NCBI GenBank assembly: GCA_950097015.1
Contig: CATNEN010000001.1
Span: 682,001 to 746,000, forward strand
From: Macrostomum hystrix
Lineage: Eukaryota > Animalia > Platyhelminthes
Length of the DNA: 64,000 nucleotides
Direction of reading: 5' to 3'
Every line of letters begins with the position of its first letter. The stretch's first letter is position 1. Below are positions 35,636-49,105 of this stretch, one piece after another. Position numbers and translations under genes: made by a program. Under the pieces are notes generated by a model. The model worked only from the letters and a program-made list of their open reading frames with translations, did not search any database and was not told the DNA's origin.

Positions 35636-38600
35636 CTGAGGATCTGGGAAAATTGTTATTTTATTTGAGGATCCGAGATGATGGGATCTGAGAATCCGGG
35701 ATAATCTAGTTGAATCTGAGGATCTGGGATAATTTAGTTGAATCTGAGGATCTGGGATAAACTAGCTGAATCTGAGGATCTGGGATAATCTAGTTGAATC
35801 TGAGGATCTGGGATAATCTAGCTGAATCTGAGGATCTGGGATAATCTAGTTGAATCTGAGGATCTGGGATAATCTAGTTGAATCTGAGGATCTGGGATAA
35901 TCTAGTTGAATCTGAGGATCTGGGATAATCTAGCTGAATCTGAGGATCTGGGATAATCTAGCTGAATCTGAGGATCTGGGATAATCTAGCTGAATCTGAG
36001 GATCTGGGATAATCTAGCTGAATCTGAGGATCTGGGATAATCTAGCTGAATCTGAGGATCTGGGATAATCTAGCTGAATCTGAGGATCTGGGATAATCTA
36101 GCTGAATCTGAGGATCTGGGATAATCTAGCTGAATCTGAGGATCTGGGATAATCTAGCTGAATCTGAGGATCTGGGATAATCTAGCTGAATCTGAGGATC
36201 TGGGATAATCTAGTTGAATCTGAGGATCTGGGATAATCTAGTTGAATCTGAGGATCTGGGATAATCTAGCTGAATCTGAGGATCTGGGATAATCTAGTTG
36301 AATCTGAGGATCTGGGATAATCTAGCTGAATCTGAGAATCTGAGATAATCTAGCTGAATCTGAGGATCTGGGATAATCTAGCTGAATCTGAGGATCTGGG
36401 ATAATCTAGTTGAATCTGAGGATCTGGGATAATCTAGCTGAATCTGAGGATCTGGGATAATCTAGCTGAATCTGAGGATCTGGGATAATCTAGTTGAATC
36501 TGAGGATCTGGGATAATCTAGTTGAATCTGAGGATCTGGGATAATCTAGCTGAATCTGAGGATCTGGGATAATCTAGCTGAATCTGAGGATCTGGGATAA
36601 TCTTGTTGAATCTGACGATCTGGGATAATCTAGCTGAATCTGAGGATCTGGGATAATCTAGCTGAATCTGAGGATCTGGGATAATCTAGCTGAATCTGAG
36701 GATCTGGGATAATCTTGTTGAATCTGACGATCTGGGATAATCTAGCTGAATCTGAGGATCTGGGATAATCTAGTTGAATCTGAGGATCTGGGACAATCTA
36801 GCTGAATCTGAGGATCTGGGATAATCTAGCTGAATCTGAGGATCTGGGATAATCTTGTTGAATCTGACCATCTGGGATAATCTAGCTGAATCTGAGGATC
36901 TGGGATAATCTAGCTGAATTTGAGGATCTGGGATAATCTAGTTGAATCTGAGGATCTGGGATAATCTAGTTGAATCTGAGGATCTGGGATAATCTAGCTG
37001 AATTTGAGGATCTGGGACAATCTAGTTGAATCTGAGGATCTGGGATAATCTAGCTGAATCTGAGGATCTGGGATAATCTAGCTGAATCTGAGGATCTGGG
37101 ATAATCTAGCTGAATCTGAGGATCTGGGATAATCTAGCTGAATCTGAGGATCTGGGATAATCTAGCTGAATCTGAGGATCTGGGATAATCTAGCTGAATC
37201 TGAGGATCTGGGATAATCTAGCTGAATCTGAGGATCTGGGATAATCTAGCTGAATCTGAGGATCTGGGATAATCTAGCTGAATCTGAGGATCTGGGATAA
37301 TCTAGCTGAATCTGAGGATCTGGGATAATCTAGTTGAATCTGAGGATCTGGGATAATCTAGCTGAATCTGAGGATCTGGGATAATCTAGCTGAATCTGAG
37401 GATCTGGGATAATCTAGCTGAATCTGAGGATCTGGGATAATCTAGCTGAATCTGAGAATCTGAGATAATCTAGCTGAATCTGAGGATCTGGGATAATCTA
37501 GCTGAATCTGAGGATCTGGGATAATCTAGCTGAATCTGAGGATCTGGGATAATCTAGCTGAATCTGAGGATCTGGGATAATCTAGCTGAATCTGAGGATC
37601 TGGGATAATCTAGCTGAATCTGAGGATCTGGGATAATCTAGCTGAATCTGAGGATCTGGGATAATCTAGCTGAATCTGAGGATCTGGGATAATCTAGTTG
37701 AATCTGAGGATCTGGGATAATCTAGCTGAATCTGAGGATCTGGGATAATCTAGCTGAATCTGAGAATCTGAGATAATCTAGCTGAATCTGAGGATCTGGG
37801 ATAATCTAGCTGAATCTGAGGATCTGGGATAATCTAGTTGAATCTGAGGATCTGGGATAATCTAGCTGAATCTGAGGATCTGGGATAATCTAGCTGAATC
37901 TGAGGATCTGGGATAATCTAGCTGAATCTGAGGATCTGGGATAATCTAGTTGAATCTGAGGATCTGGGATAATCTAGCTGAATCTGAGAATCTGAGATAA
38001 TCTAGCTGAATCTGAGGATCTGGGATAATCTAGCTGAATCTGAGGATCTGGGATAATCTAGTTGAATCTGAGGATCTGGGATAATCTAGCTGAATCTGAG
38101 GATCTGGGATAATCTAGCTGAATCTGAGGATCTGGGATAATCTAGTTGAATCTGAGGATCTGGGATAATCTAGCTGAATCTGAGGATCTGGGATAATCTA
38201 GCTGAATCTGAGGATCTGGGATAATCTAGCTGAATCTGAGGATCTGGGATAATCTTGTTGAATCTGACGATCTGGGATAATCTAGTTGAATCTGAGGATC
38301 TGGGATAATCTAGCTGAATCTGAGGATCTGGGATAATCTAGCTGAATCTGAGGATCTGGGATAATCTAGTTGAATCTGAGGATCTGGGATAATCTTGTTG
38401 AATCTGAGGATCTGGGATAATCTAGCTGAATCTGAGGATCTGGGACAATCTAGCTGAATCTGAGGATCTGGGATAATCTAGTTGAATCTGAGGATCTGGG
38501 ATAATCTTGTTGAATCTGAGGATCTGGGATAATCTAGCTGAATCTGAGGATCTGGGATAATCTAGCTGAATCTGAGGATCTGGGATAATCTAGTTGAATC

Positions 38601-41600
38601 TGAGGATCTGGGATAATCTTGTTGAATCTGACGATCTGGGATAATCTAGCTGAATCTGAGGATCTGGGATAATCTTGTTGAATCTGACGATCTGGGATAA
38701 TCTAGCTGAATCTGAGGATCTGGGATAATCTAGCTGAATCTGAGGATCTGGGATAATCTTGTTGAATCTGACGATCTGGGATAATCTAGTTGAATCTGAG
38801 GATCTGGGATAATCTTGTTGAATCTGACGATCTGGGATAATCTAGCTGAATTTGAGGATCTGGGATAATCTAGTTGAATCTGAGGATCTGGGATAATCTA
38901 GCTGAATCTGAGGATCTGGGATAATCTAGCTGAATTTGAGGATCTGGGATAATCTTGTTGAATCTGAGGATCTGGGATAATCTAGTTGAATCTGAGGATC
39001 TGGGATAATCTTGTTGAATCTGACGATCTGGGATAATCTAGCTGAATCTGAGGATCTGGGATAATCTAGCTGAATCTGAGGATCTGGGATAATCTAGTTG
39101 AATCTGAGGATCTGGGATAATCTAGCTGAATCTGAGGATCTGGGATAATCTAGCTGAATCTGAGGATCTGGGATAATCTAGCTGAATCTGAGGATCTGGG
39201 ATAATCTAGCTGAATCTGAGGATCTGGGATAATCTTGTTGAATCTGACGATCTGGGATAATCTAGCTGAATTTGAGGATCTGGGATAATTTAGCTGAATC
39301 TGAGGATCTGGGATAATCTAGCTGAATTTGAGGATCTGGGATAATCTTGTTGAATCTGACGATCTGGGATAATCTAGCTGAATTTGAGGATCTGGGATAA
39401 TTTAGCTGAATCTGAGGATCTGGGATAATCTAGCTGAATTTGAGGATCTGGGATAATCTAGTTGAATCTAAGGATCTGGGATAATCTAGCTGAATTTGAG
39501 GATCTGGGACAATCTAGCTGAATCTGAGGATCTGGGATAATCTAGTTGAATCTGAGGATCTGGGATAATCTTGTTGAATCTGACGATCTGGGATAATCTA
39601 GCTGAATCTGAGGATCTGGGATAATCTAGCTGAATTTGAGGATCTGGGATAATCTAGTTGAATCTGAGGATCTGGGATAATCTAGCTGAATCTGAGGATC
39701 TGGGATAATCTAGTTGAATCTGAGGATCTGGGATAATCTAGTTGAATCTGAGGATCTGGGATAATCTAGTTGAATCTGAGGATCTGGGATAATCTAGCTG
39801 AATCTGAGGATCTGGGATAATCTAGCTGAATTTGAGGATCTGGGACAATCTAGTTGAATCTGAGGATCTGGGATAATCTAGCTGAATCTGAGGATCTGGG
39901 ACAATCTAGTTGAATCTGAGGATCTGGGACAATCTAGTTGAATCTGAGGATCTGGGACAATCTTGTTGAATCTGAGGATCTGGGACAATCTAGTTGAATC
40001 TGAGGATCTGGGACAATCTAGCTGAATCTGAGGATCTGGGATAATCTAGCTGAATTTGAGGATCTGGGATAATCTAGCTGAATTTGAGGATCTGGGATAA
40101 TCTAGTGGAATCTGAGGATCTGGGATAATCTAGTTGAATCTGAGGATCTGGGATAATCTAGCTGAATCTGAGGATCTGGGATAATCTTGTTGAATCTGAC
40201 GATCTGGGATAATCTAGCTGAATTTGAGGATCTGGGATAATTTAGCTGAATCTGAGGATCTGGGATAATCTAGCTGAATTTGAGGATCTGGGATAATCTA
40301 GTTGAATCTAAGGATCTGGGATAATCTAGCTGAATTTGAGGATCTGGGACAATCTAGCTGAATCTGAGGATCTGGGATAATCTAGTTGAATCTGAGGATC
40401 TGGGATAATCTTGTTGAATCTGACGATCTGGGATAATCTAGCTGAATCTGAGGATCTGGGATAATCTAGCTGAATTTGAGGATCTGGGATAATCTAGTTG
40501 AATCTGAGGATCTGGGATAATCTAGCTGAATCTGAGGATCTGGGATAATCTAGCTGAATCTGAGGATCTGGGATAATCTAGCTGAATCTGAGGATCTGGG
40601 ATAATCTAGTTGAATCTGAGGATCTGGGATAATCTAGCTGAATCTGAGGATCTGGGATAATCTAGCTGAATCTGAGGATCTGGGATAATCTAGCTGAATC
40701 TGAGGATCTGGGATAATCTAGTGGAATCTGAGGATCTGGGATAATCTAGTTGAATCTGAGGATCTGGGATAATCTAGCTGAATCTGAGGATCTGGGATAA
40801 TCTTGTTGAATCTGACGATCTGGGATAATCTAGTTGAATCTGAGGATCAGGGATAATCTAGTTGAATCTGAGGATCTGGGATAATCTAGCTGAATCTGAG
40901 GATCTGGGATAATCTAGCTGAATCTGAGGATCTGGGATAATCTAGTGGAATCTGAGGATCTGGGATAATCTAGTTGAATCTGAGGATCTGGGATAATCTA
41001 GCTGAATCTGAGGATCTGGGATAATCTTGTTGAATCTGACGATCTGGGATAATCTAGTTGAATCTGAGGATCAGGGATAATCTAGTTGAATCTGAGGATC
41101 TGGGATAATCTAGCTGAATCTGAGGATCTGGGATAATCTAGCTGAATCTGAGGATCTGGGATAATCTAGTGGAATCTGAGGATCTGGGATAATCTAGTTG
41201 AATCTGAGGATCAGGGATAATCTAGTTGAATCTGAGGATCTGGGATAAACTAGCTGAATCTGAGGATCTGGGATAATCTAGCTGAATTTGAGGATCAGGG
41301 ATAATCTAGCTGAATTTGAGGATCTGTGACAATCTAGTTGTATCTGAGGATCAGGGATAATCTAGTTTAATCTGAGGATCAGGGATAATCTAGCTGAATC
41401 TGAGGATCTGGGATAATCTAGCTGAATTTAAGGATCTGGGATAATCTAGCTGAATCTGAGGATCTGGGATAATCTAGCTGAATCTGAGGATCTGGGATAA
41501 TCTAGCTGAATCTGAGGATCTGGGATAATCTAGCTGAATCTGACGATCTGGGATAATCTAGCTGAATCTGAGGATCTGGGATAATCTAGCTGAATCTGAG

Positions 41601-41665
41601 GATCTGCGATAATCTAGTTGAATCTGAGGATCTGGGATAATCTAGTTGTATCTGAGGATCAGGGA
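35636..41665. repeat. ~6-kb satellite array, 28-bp unit (~215 copies)
   Basis: GATCTGGGATAATCTAG(C/T)TGAATCTGAG; the phase recurs every 420 bp (15 x 28). Lies between the SUCO 3' end and the RasGRP 5' end. Confidence 0.97.
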
Positions 41666-42619
41666 AAGCTATGAGAATCTAAGGATTTAAGGAAACAATT
41701 TTAATAAGTTAATCTTGGGAATAGTGATTTTTTGAAGATCCCAATAAAAACAGAATAAGTTTTCGAAAACAAAAAATCGGACGATTTCGAATGAATCACA
41801 GAATGTCACGGGGAATGGCAGTTAGTTCATAATTTAACTCTGTATTTTTTGTATTTTTATTGCTTTTTCACTGTTAAAAGATGTACGTCATGAAAAGAAA
41901 AGAAGGACAAAAGAATGGCACGACAGTTAGATACTGAAATGAATTAATTATTGAATAACTGCAGACAGAAATTCAAGGACTAATTGGCAAACCATACTGC
42001 TGATAGTAGTGTGTGTTAGCGGAAAAGTTAGATAAACGAAAGTAATAGTTGAAAATACTTGGAGCTTGTTAAAGCAATCAAACAGGAACCGAGCAAGGAA
42101 AAACAATTAAAATAAAAAACTGGCAGTGTAAGAAATTAAAATTAAACTTTCTTACTTACAAGCAATTGTCCGACAGCAAAGGTTAAATTCACAACAAAAG
42201 AAAGATTTGAATAAAAACTAATTGGCGTTTAATATTAACAGAGAATTTTAAATAAAATAAATTTATTAAATTAAATCAGTTCAATCAGAAAACACTATGA
42301 TGTTGTTCATTAAGAAGATTAGGCTTCGAGTGAATAAGATTAACAATATAACTACCAATGTTTTTATAAGAGCTTATAGTTAAAGATTTTAAGTAAAATA
42401 GGGTGATATAGGTCGTACTCTAATCAAGAAATCAAGAATTCTTTCAATCCGCTTAATGAAACGTATGAATCTTAGGATAGAATGAAACTGGTTCTAAGGA
42501 TTAAAATGAAAAGAAACTGTATGTTTTTGATTCTAAGAAATGGTTTCCTAGGATTAGAAGTAAGAATCTTGTCAAGATTCTTTTTGAAACTAGTCAGCGG
42601 AATTCTAAAAAATAGAATA

Positions 42620-43140
42620 TTATTGAGGATTCAAAGAAACGATGTCTGTCTTAGTTTCTAATAAACGATGTCCCGGGATTCTAAGAAAAGACTGTTTTAG
42701 ATTCTAAGAAAAGACTGATCAGGATAAAAAAACGATGTCTTAGGATTCTAAGAAACGATGTCTCGGGATTCTAAGAAAAAACTGCTTAGGATTCTAAGAA
42801 ACAACGTCTCAGAATTCTAAGAAAAGGCTGCTCAGGATTCAAAAAACGATGTCTCGGGATTCTAAGAAAAGACTGCTCAGGATTCTAAGAAACAACGTCT
42901 CAGAATTCTAAGAAAAAGCTGCTCAGGATTCAAAGAAACGATGTCTCAGGATTCTAAAAAAACTATATCACAGGATTCAAAGAAACGATGTCTCGTAATT
43001 TTAAGATAAGACTGCTTAGGATTCAAAGCAACGATGTCCCAGGATTCTAAGCAACGATGTCTCAGGGTTATAAGAAACGATGTCTCGGAATTCTAAGAAA
43101 AGACTGCTTAGGATTTTAAGAAACAATGTCTCAGGACCTG
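42620..43140. repeat. Degenerate ~23-bp minisatellite
   Basis: GGATTCTAAGAAACGATGTCTC(A/G) alternating with GGATTCTAAGAAAAGACTGCTCA variants. Confidence 0.8.
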
Positions 43141-43323
43141 AGACACAGCATCCATGTATTTATTTGACTTTGTTTTATTTTTTAAGTGATTCTAGGAAAT
43201 TTTCTTAGTTGACAAATTTGTTTAACAGTATTACATTGGGACCAATATTTTCAGAACCATAATAACAGACGTAAAAATTAATATCAACATTGAAATTGTT
43301 ATCACACAATCCAAAAACAAGCT

Positions 43324-46300
43324 TCATCGCCTCCACATACACACAGCCAGCAAGATGGCGGCGTGAACAATGAGGAAAAAGCAATGCATCAGGCCAACAG
43401 CAAATGGAGCAGCTTCTAAACGTCTCTCCAGCGCATTGATTCTGGCAGTCTGAGCTCTGTCACGCCTCACAGCAGATTTGGCAGTGAACTGCAGCTTGTT
43501 CAATGTGTCATTGAAATGTAAAGCCAATCGTTGAACGTGTCTATTATAGGCTAGTGATAATTCTTCTAGATAACGCATGCTAACACTGACATTGCGTTCG
43601 AGTTCTTTGATACGGTTGGTTAGGACGGCGAAGCCGCCGCCTCCGCCGCCGCCTCCTCCTCCGCCTCCTCCTCCGCCTCCATTCGAAGGCTGATGGGAAC
43701 TATGAACGACCGCGTCCGCATGCGACTGATCTTCAACCGATTGATTGACAGCATTAGCCACGCGACCATTATCAACAATTGGTGCATTTGAATCAACTGT
43801 AGTAGCATTAGATTTTATCTGGCTAGAAGCATTCAATTCTACTTGTTGAATGTGATCAGTTAGAATTGTCGAAGCATCGTCATTATGCAGATCACGAGGT
43901 GGAGAAGGCAAAACCACCGGTTCTGGCGGGACTGTGTTGGCTAATTTCAATTTAGTTTCATCCGATACAACCGATTTCAATTGACGAACACAATGCGAAG
44001 GTAGTAGCCTCAAGAATGCACACTTAGCTGGACAAGTACCGTAGATTGAATCGGACGATATTGTGCCATTGCCAGCGGTTGCATTGGCTGGTGAAACGCA
44101 GCCTAGCTGACTGTCAATAGCGTCATTGGCGACTGAATTCAATGAGGCATCACTGGGGTGTGTTGATCCCTGACTGCCGAGACTGACACCGTCTAGACCG
44201 TTAATGCCCAGCGATAAGATTCTCTGATGCTCGTCTGACCAAGGATCATCACCGTCTGGATCGTTTTCGACAATGTCGGCTGCAAGAACTCCCAACAGTC
44301 TGAGGTGAGTGAGGGTGCAATAGTGCTCACTACCCCAGTGCTCTGAGAAGCGTAGCCGAATATATTGGACAAACTGGTCTGTGCGCACATCGAAGATCTG
44401 CCAGTTCCGAGAAGCGTTTAGAGTCAAATTCGCAACCTACGGGGACAATCGGGTGAATTGGGATTATCGATTAGCTGATATGAACAAGAAGCGGGGAACT
44501 TGTAGGATAGGATGAGGTGAAATTGGTCTATTCTGGAATGCTAAAAATAAGTTAAGATGGGATTGCGAAATATACTGTATAGGGTCAGGTGGAATGGGAT
44601 GAAATCAGGTGGAATGGGATGGAATCAGGTGGAATGGGATGGAATCAGGTGGAATGGGATGGAATCAGGTGGAATGGGATGGAATCAGGTGGAATGGGAT
44701 GGAATCAGGTGGAATGGGATGGAATCAGGTAGAATGGGATGGAATCAGGTGGAATGGGATGAAATCAGGCGGAATGGGATGGAATCAAGTCGAATGGGAT
44801 GGAAACAAGTGGAATGGGATGGAAACAAGTGAATTGGGATGGAATCAGGTAGAATGGGTTGGAATCAGGTGGAATGGGATGGAATCAGGTAGAATGGGAT
44901 GGAATCAGGTGGAATGGGATGGAATCAGGTGGAATGGGATGGAAACAAGTGGAATGCGATGGAATCAGGTGGAATGAGATGGAATCAGGTGGAATGGGAT
45001 GGAATCAGGTGGAATGCGATGGAATCAGGTGGAATGGGATGGAATCAGGTGGAATGGGATGGAATCAGGTGGAATGGGATGGAATCAGGTAGAATGGGAT
45101 GGAATCAAGTGGAATAGGATGGAATCAGGTGGAATGGGATGGAATCAGGTGGAATGGGATGGAATCAGGTAGAATGGGATGGAATCAGGCGGAATGGGAT
45201 GGAATCAAGTGGAATGGGATGGAAACAAGTGGAATGGGATGGAAACAAGTGAATTGGGATGGAATCAGGTAGAATGGGTTGGAATCAGGTGGAATGGGAT
45301 GGAATCAGGTAGAATGGGATGGAATCAGGTGGAATGGGATGGAATCAGGTGGAATGGGATGGAATCAGGTAGAATGGGATGGAATCAAGTCGAATGGGAT
45401 GGAATCAGGTGGAATGGGATGAAATCAGGCGGAATGGGGTGGAATCAAGTGGAATGGGATGGAAACAAGTGGAATGGGATGGAAACAAGTGAATTGGGAT
45501 GGAATCAAGTGGAATAGGATGGAATCAGGTGGAATGGGATGGAATCAGGTGGAATAGGATGGAATCAGGTGGAAAAGGATGGAATCAGGAGGAATGGGAT
45601 GGAATCAGGTGGAATAGGATGGAATCAGGTGGAATGGGATGGAATCAAGTGGAATGGGATGGAATCAGGTGGAATGGGATGGAATCAGGTGGAATGGGAT
45701 GGAATCAGGTGGAATAGGATGGAATCAGGTAGAATGGGATGGAATCAGGTGGAATAGGATGGAATCAGGTAGAATGGGATGGAATCAGGCGGAATGGGAT
45801 GGAATCAAGTGGAATGGGATGGAATCAGGTGGAATGGGATGGAATCAGGTAAAAACTAAGGCCAGCTCACCGGAATCCATTCCCTAGCGGGATGAACATC
45901 GCTAGCTAGCACGGAAACATTTTTGAAGGCGCTACTGAATAATTCAAAGTTTGCCAATTCAAGTCGCCGAAGCCGAACAGGTTCGCATAGTTGCAAATCG
46001 ATCCACTTCTCAGCTGAGCACAGGTTCTTCATGTACAAGTCGCGATTATCTGTTAAGATGGCGTCCACATCTTTAGCTTCGGAATTCCAATCCAAAGCTT
46101 TGGCGCCGCATTCAATCGAGGCGACATTCTTTTTAAACGGCGACTGATTCGCCTGCTGATCGATGACGCTGTTTAACTGGCCCGGTTTGCTTGGAGCATC
46201 AGCTCCGTGACTGTCTACGCCAGCTGAATCAGTCGAAGCTGATGCGCTGCCGGGAGATCCGGAACGTCCGCCGCCTGTTGAAGCTGCCGCAGCGGCTTTT

Positions 46301-48665
46301 GCGGCGGCTGCCGCACCCTTAGCTGACTGAGCAAGGGCGATGACTTTCTCGCGATATTCACGAAATGTTGGCATCTGGTCTGCGGCGGCACCTGCAGCTG
46401 CTGCTGCGGCAGCTGCTTTTGGATTATCTGACGCTGTCGCATGGCACAGCCTAGGTATTTTTTAAAGAAAAAAATGAAGCAGTCTTAAAATTATCTAACA
46501 AGGGAGATTGAGTTAGATCTTCATAATTCTGACCAAGACGTCAGAGTTCGATTCCCAGCCCAATCCCACACTTTGTTGATTTCTGAACAGCCTAAAAGAT
46601 ATCTCCAGCTGTGCCTTGCAGATAGTAGCTGTACATGTGGCTCAAGTGGGGTACATGTAATAATAATAATATATGTTTATCCACCCACTTAACACTATCA
46701 CATATATTGTTTGTATCAAATTATGGGTACTTAACCTATAGCTCCTTCTTTCAACACATTACTGTATTGCAAATGCCCCCGAGTTGATTATTTTTTGTTT
46801 TTTTAAATAGACCTCCATGCAAAAAATAGAATCAGATTCGATTTATAAGCTAACTGGAAATTTAGTATTAAAACAGAAGTAAAATGTTTGCTATAAATTC
46901 CATATTATAATCATACAAATATGTGCAAATCTTTTCGCAGAAAAGATATTCACATTTATGACATTAATAAAAAAGGATTTACTTCAAATGTAGACATGAT
47001 ATCTAAATAAGCTTTTTAAAAGCTACTTAAAATACCATAAAAAGAGAAATTATTACTATAACACCATATAGTTAGTTTGTATGCTTACAGATAGACTGGG
47101 CAATCAAATTAATTGAATTGGAAAGAAAATTAAGAATAGTTAGGAAAAAAAAGAAAAATAATTACTAGACTACTAATTAATTGCAAGGTGGTCAATTTGA
47201 AACTAAAATTTCAAAATTCAAATTTTGTGCAAAGTATAAAGAAGGCAGAGCTTATTCCCACAGTCCCGAGCCGATAATTTCAATTTTATCCACATGGATC
47301 CGTGCCGATAATTTTCTGCTTATCCTCATGGCAGCTTGTATGAATAGGTCTACAACTAAGAAAATTGTCCAGCAAAAGCATTGGGACACTTTTAACTTTT
47401 AACTCTCAAGAATTTAACGCCTAAGTCCAAAGGACACACAATTGTAAAGATTTGCAGAGGAAAGCGCGGAACTAGTTAACATGTTTTTGTCGAGTTTCTG
47501 AAACCTTATTTTTGTACGGTAACAAGTCAGTAGTATCATTTGCGCATGTGCATCATATCATATTTCAAGCGCGTGTGCAATACAAATGTCAGCGCGATTC
47601 TTCATGCGATTGTTAGCAACGTTACATAGGCCCTACTATTCGAAATTAATGTTTATTTGAATTTTAATGTGTGCATTGCTTGTAATTAAAAGAGGCCCTA
47701 CTACAGGTAACTGCAGGTTCTGGAAAACATGTATGACCAGTTGTATATAGCACATGAAAATTGCTACACAGTTCCTTTAAAATATGTGCTTTAAGTTCCT
47801 AAAGTTATCGGCAAAACAAGCTGCCATGTGGACAGGCAGAGAATTATCGGCACAGATCAGTGTGGATAAAATTGAAATTAATGGCATGGCATATATAAAG
47901 AGTTGTAGACCTATTCATACAAGCTGCCATGTGGATAAGCAGAAATTATTGGCATGGATCTGTGTGGATAAAATTGAAAATATTGGCATAGGACCGTGGG
48001 AATAAGCACTTCCTATAAAGAAAGCAATTTAACAATAGGCTTGCTTGCATTGGTTGGACATACCCTGCCACAAATCATAAAGATGGCAAAGTGTCTACAA
48101 GTCTTGGGCACTATGTACACTGGATCTACTGTGTTATCAACATGAGGAAAAAGCAGATGACAAAGTTTCTAGCAACTTTTTTATTTATGACTCTGATTGG
48201 CTGAAAAATAATAAATCAATACTCAACTGCCAATTTTCCTAGTTATTTGACTAAAAAAACATTTATTTTTCTTTTAGGCCTAATATAATACTAGAAATTT
48301 AATATCACATATAGCTCAGATTTTGAGCTAGTATACTAAAGGTATCCAACAGATAGTTGAATTAGAAAGACCAAGTAGCATACAACATTGCTATATTACA
48401 TGTAGTAAAGGGTTTATTTAACGCCTCTGTTGTGTTAAAAAATAGTCTGTGCCATTCGAGCATCCATGTGACACTCCCAGTCAACAAATAATTGAATGCC
48501 ACAAAATTGGAGATTGCTGTTAGGTTATGCTATGAAAAAAATCACATCAGGCGAACAAAAGACTTACCAGAAGATAAAAAACACTATCGCAGAGATCCGA
48601 AACAATTTATTTTTTGAAACAACTCTGTCACTTACATAAACGTTGATCAAATTTGCAACCCTCAT
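43324..48665 (-). CDS. SUCO: SUN domain-containing ossification factor-like protein (SUCO/SLP1, mid-SUN family); ~596 aa
   Basis: Exons 48665-48568 (signal-peptide-like, less certain), 46450-45871, 44436-43324; phases consistent. Motifs MPTFREY, NVASIECGAK, ILTDNRDLYMKNLC, LANFELFSSAFK, HWGSEHYCTLT, LTNRIKELERNVSVSMRYLEELS, and a C-terminal TM helix. Confidence 0.9.
44585..45850. repeat. Intronic satellite, 20-bp unit built from GGAAT-like pentamers
   Basis: GGAAT-GGGAT-GGAAT-CAGGT in tandem. Confidence 0.95.
47244..48013. mobile_element. Mutator-like (MULE) non-autonomous element/MITE in SUCO intron 1
   Basis: ~110-bp imperfect TIRs starting GG (47244-~47357; ~47900-48013); 9-bp TSD TATAAAGAA at 47235-47243 and 48014-48022; extra partial TIR copy at ~47817-47890. 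Confidence 0.85.
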
Positions 48666-49030
48666 ATTGCAACAATCACAGATCAATCAGATATGGATAG
48701 GCCTATGTCTAGGCCTTTTAAAATATATACCGTCTTTCTGAAGCTAATTTTCTAGTTAGGAAAAATATATATCTTTAGAAATTACAGTGGCTTTAAGAAT
48801 CAGAGACAAAGAAATAAAATAAAAAACTATTAACGCGCTCGCGTTGATGTGATGTCTGTAAAAATTAGCACGATAAACTAACATGCCGTTTCTTTTCTAT
48901 TTCATGGAAAATTTGAATTTAAACTCCTTTAACACGTCGCTAATTGAACTTGTACACGTATAGTAAGTAGTTCACATTGTGCAATGTCTTGACAACGCGT
49001 GCGATGGGACATTGGAGGTTGGCCCTCCAA

Positions 49031-49105
49031 CAGTGACTGTTAATAATATTAATAATAATAATAATTGCAGGAGGGCTGCAGGCAATTGCACATCAGTGAC
49101 TGTTA
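49031..49105 (-). mobile_element. Severely 5'-truncated SINE A tail with 12-bp TSD
   Basis: Only the ~50-bp 3' end (GATGTGCAATTGCCTGCAGCCCTCCTGCAA + (TTA)n) lies between direct repeats CAGTGACTGTTA at 49031-49042 and 49094-49105. Confidence 0.8.
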
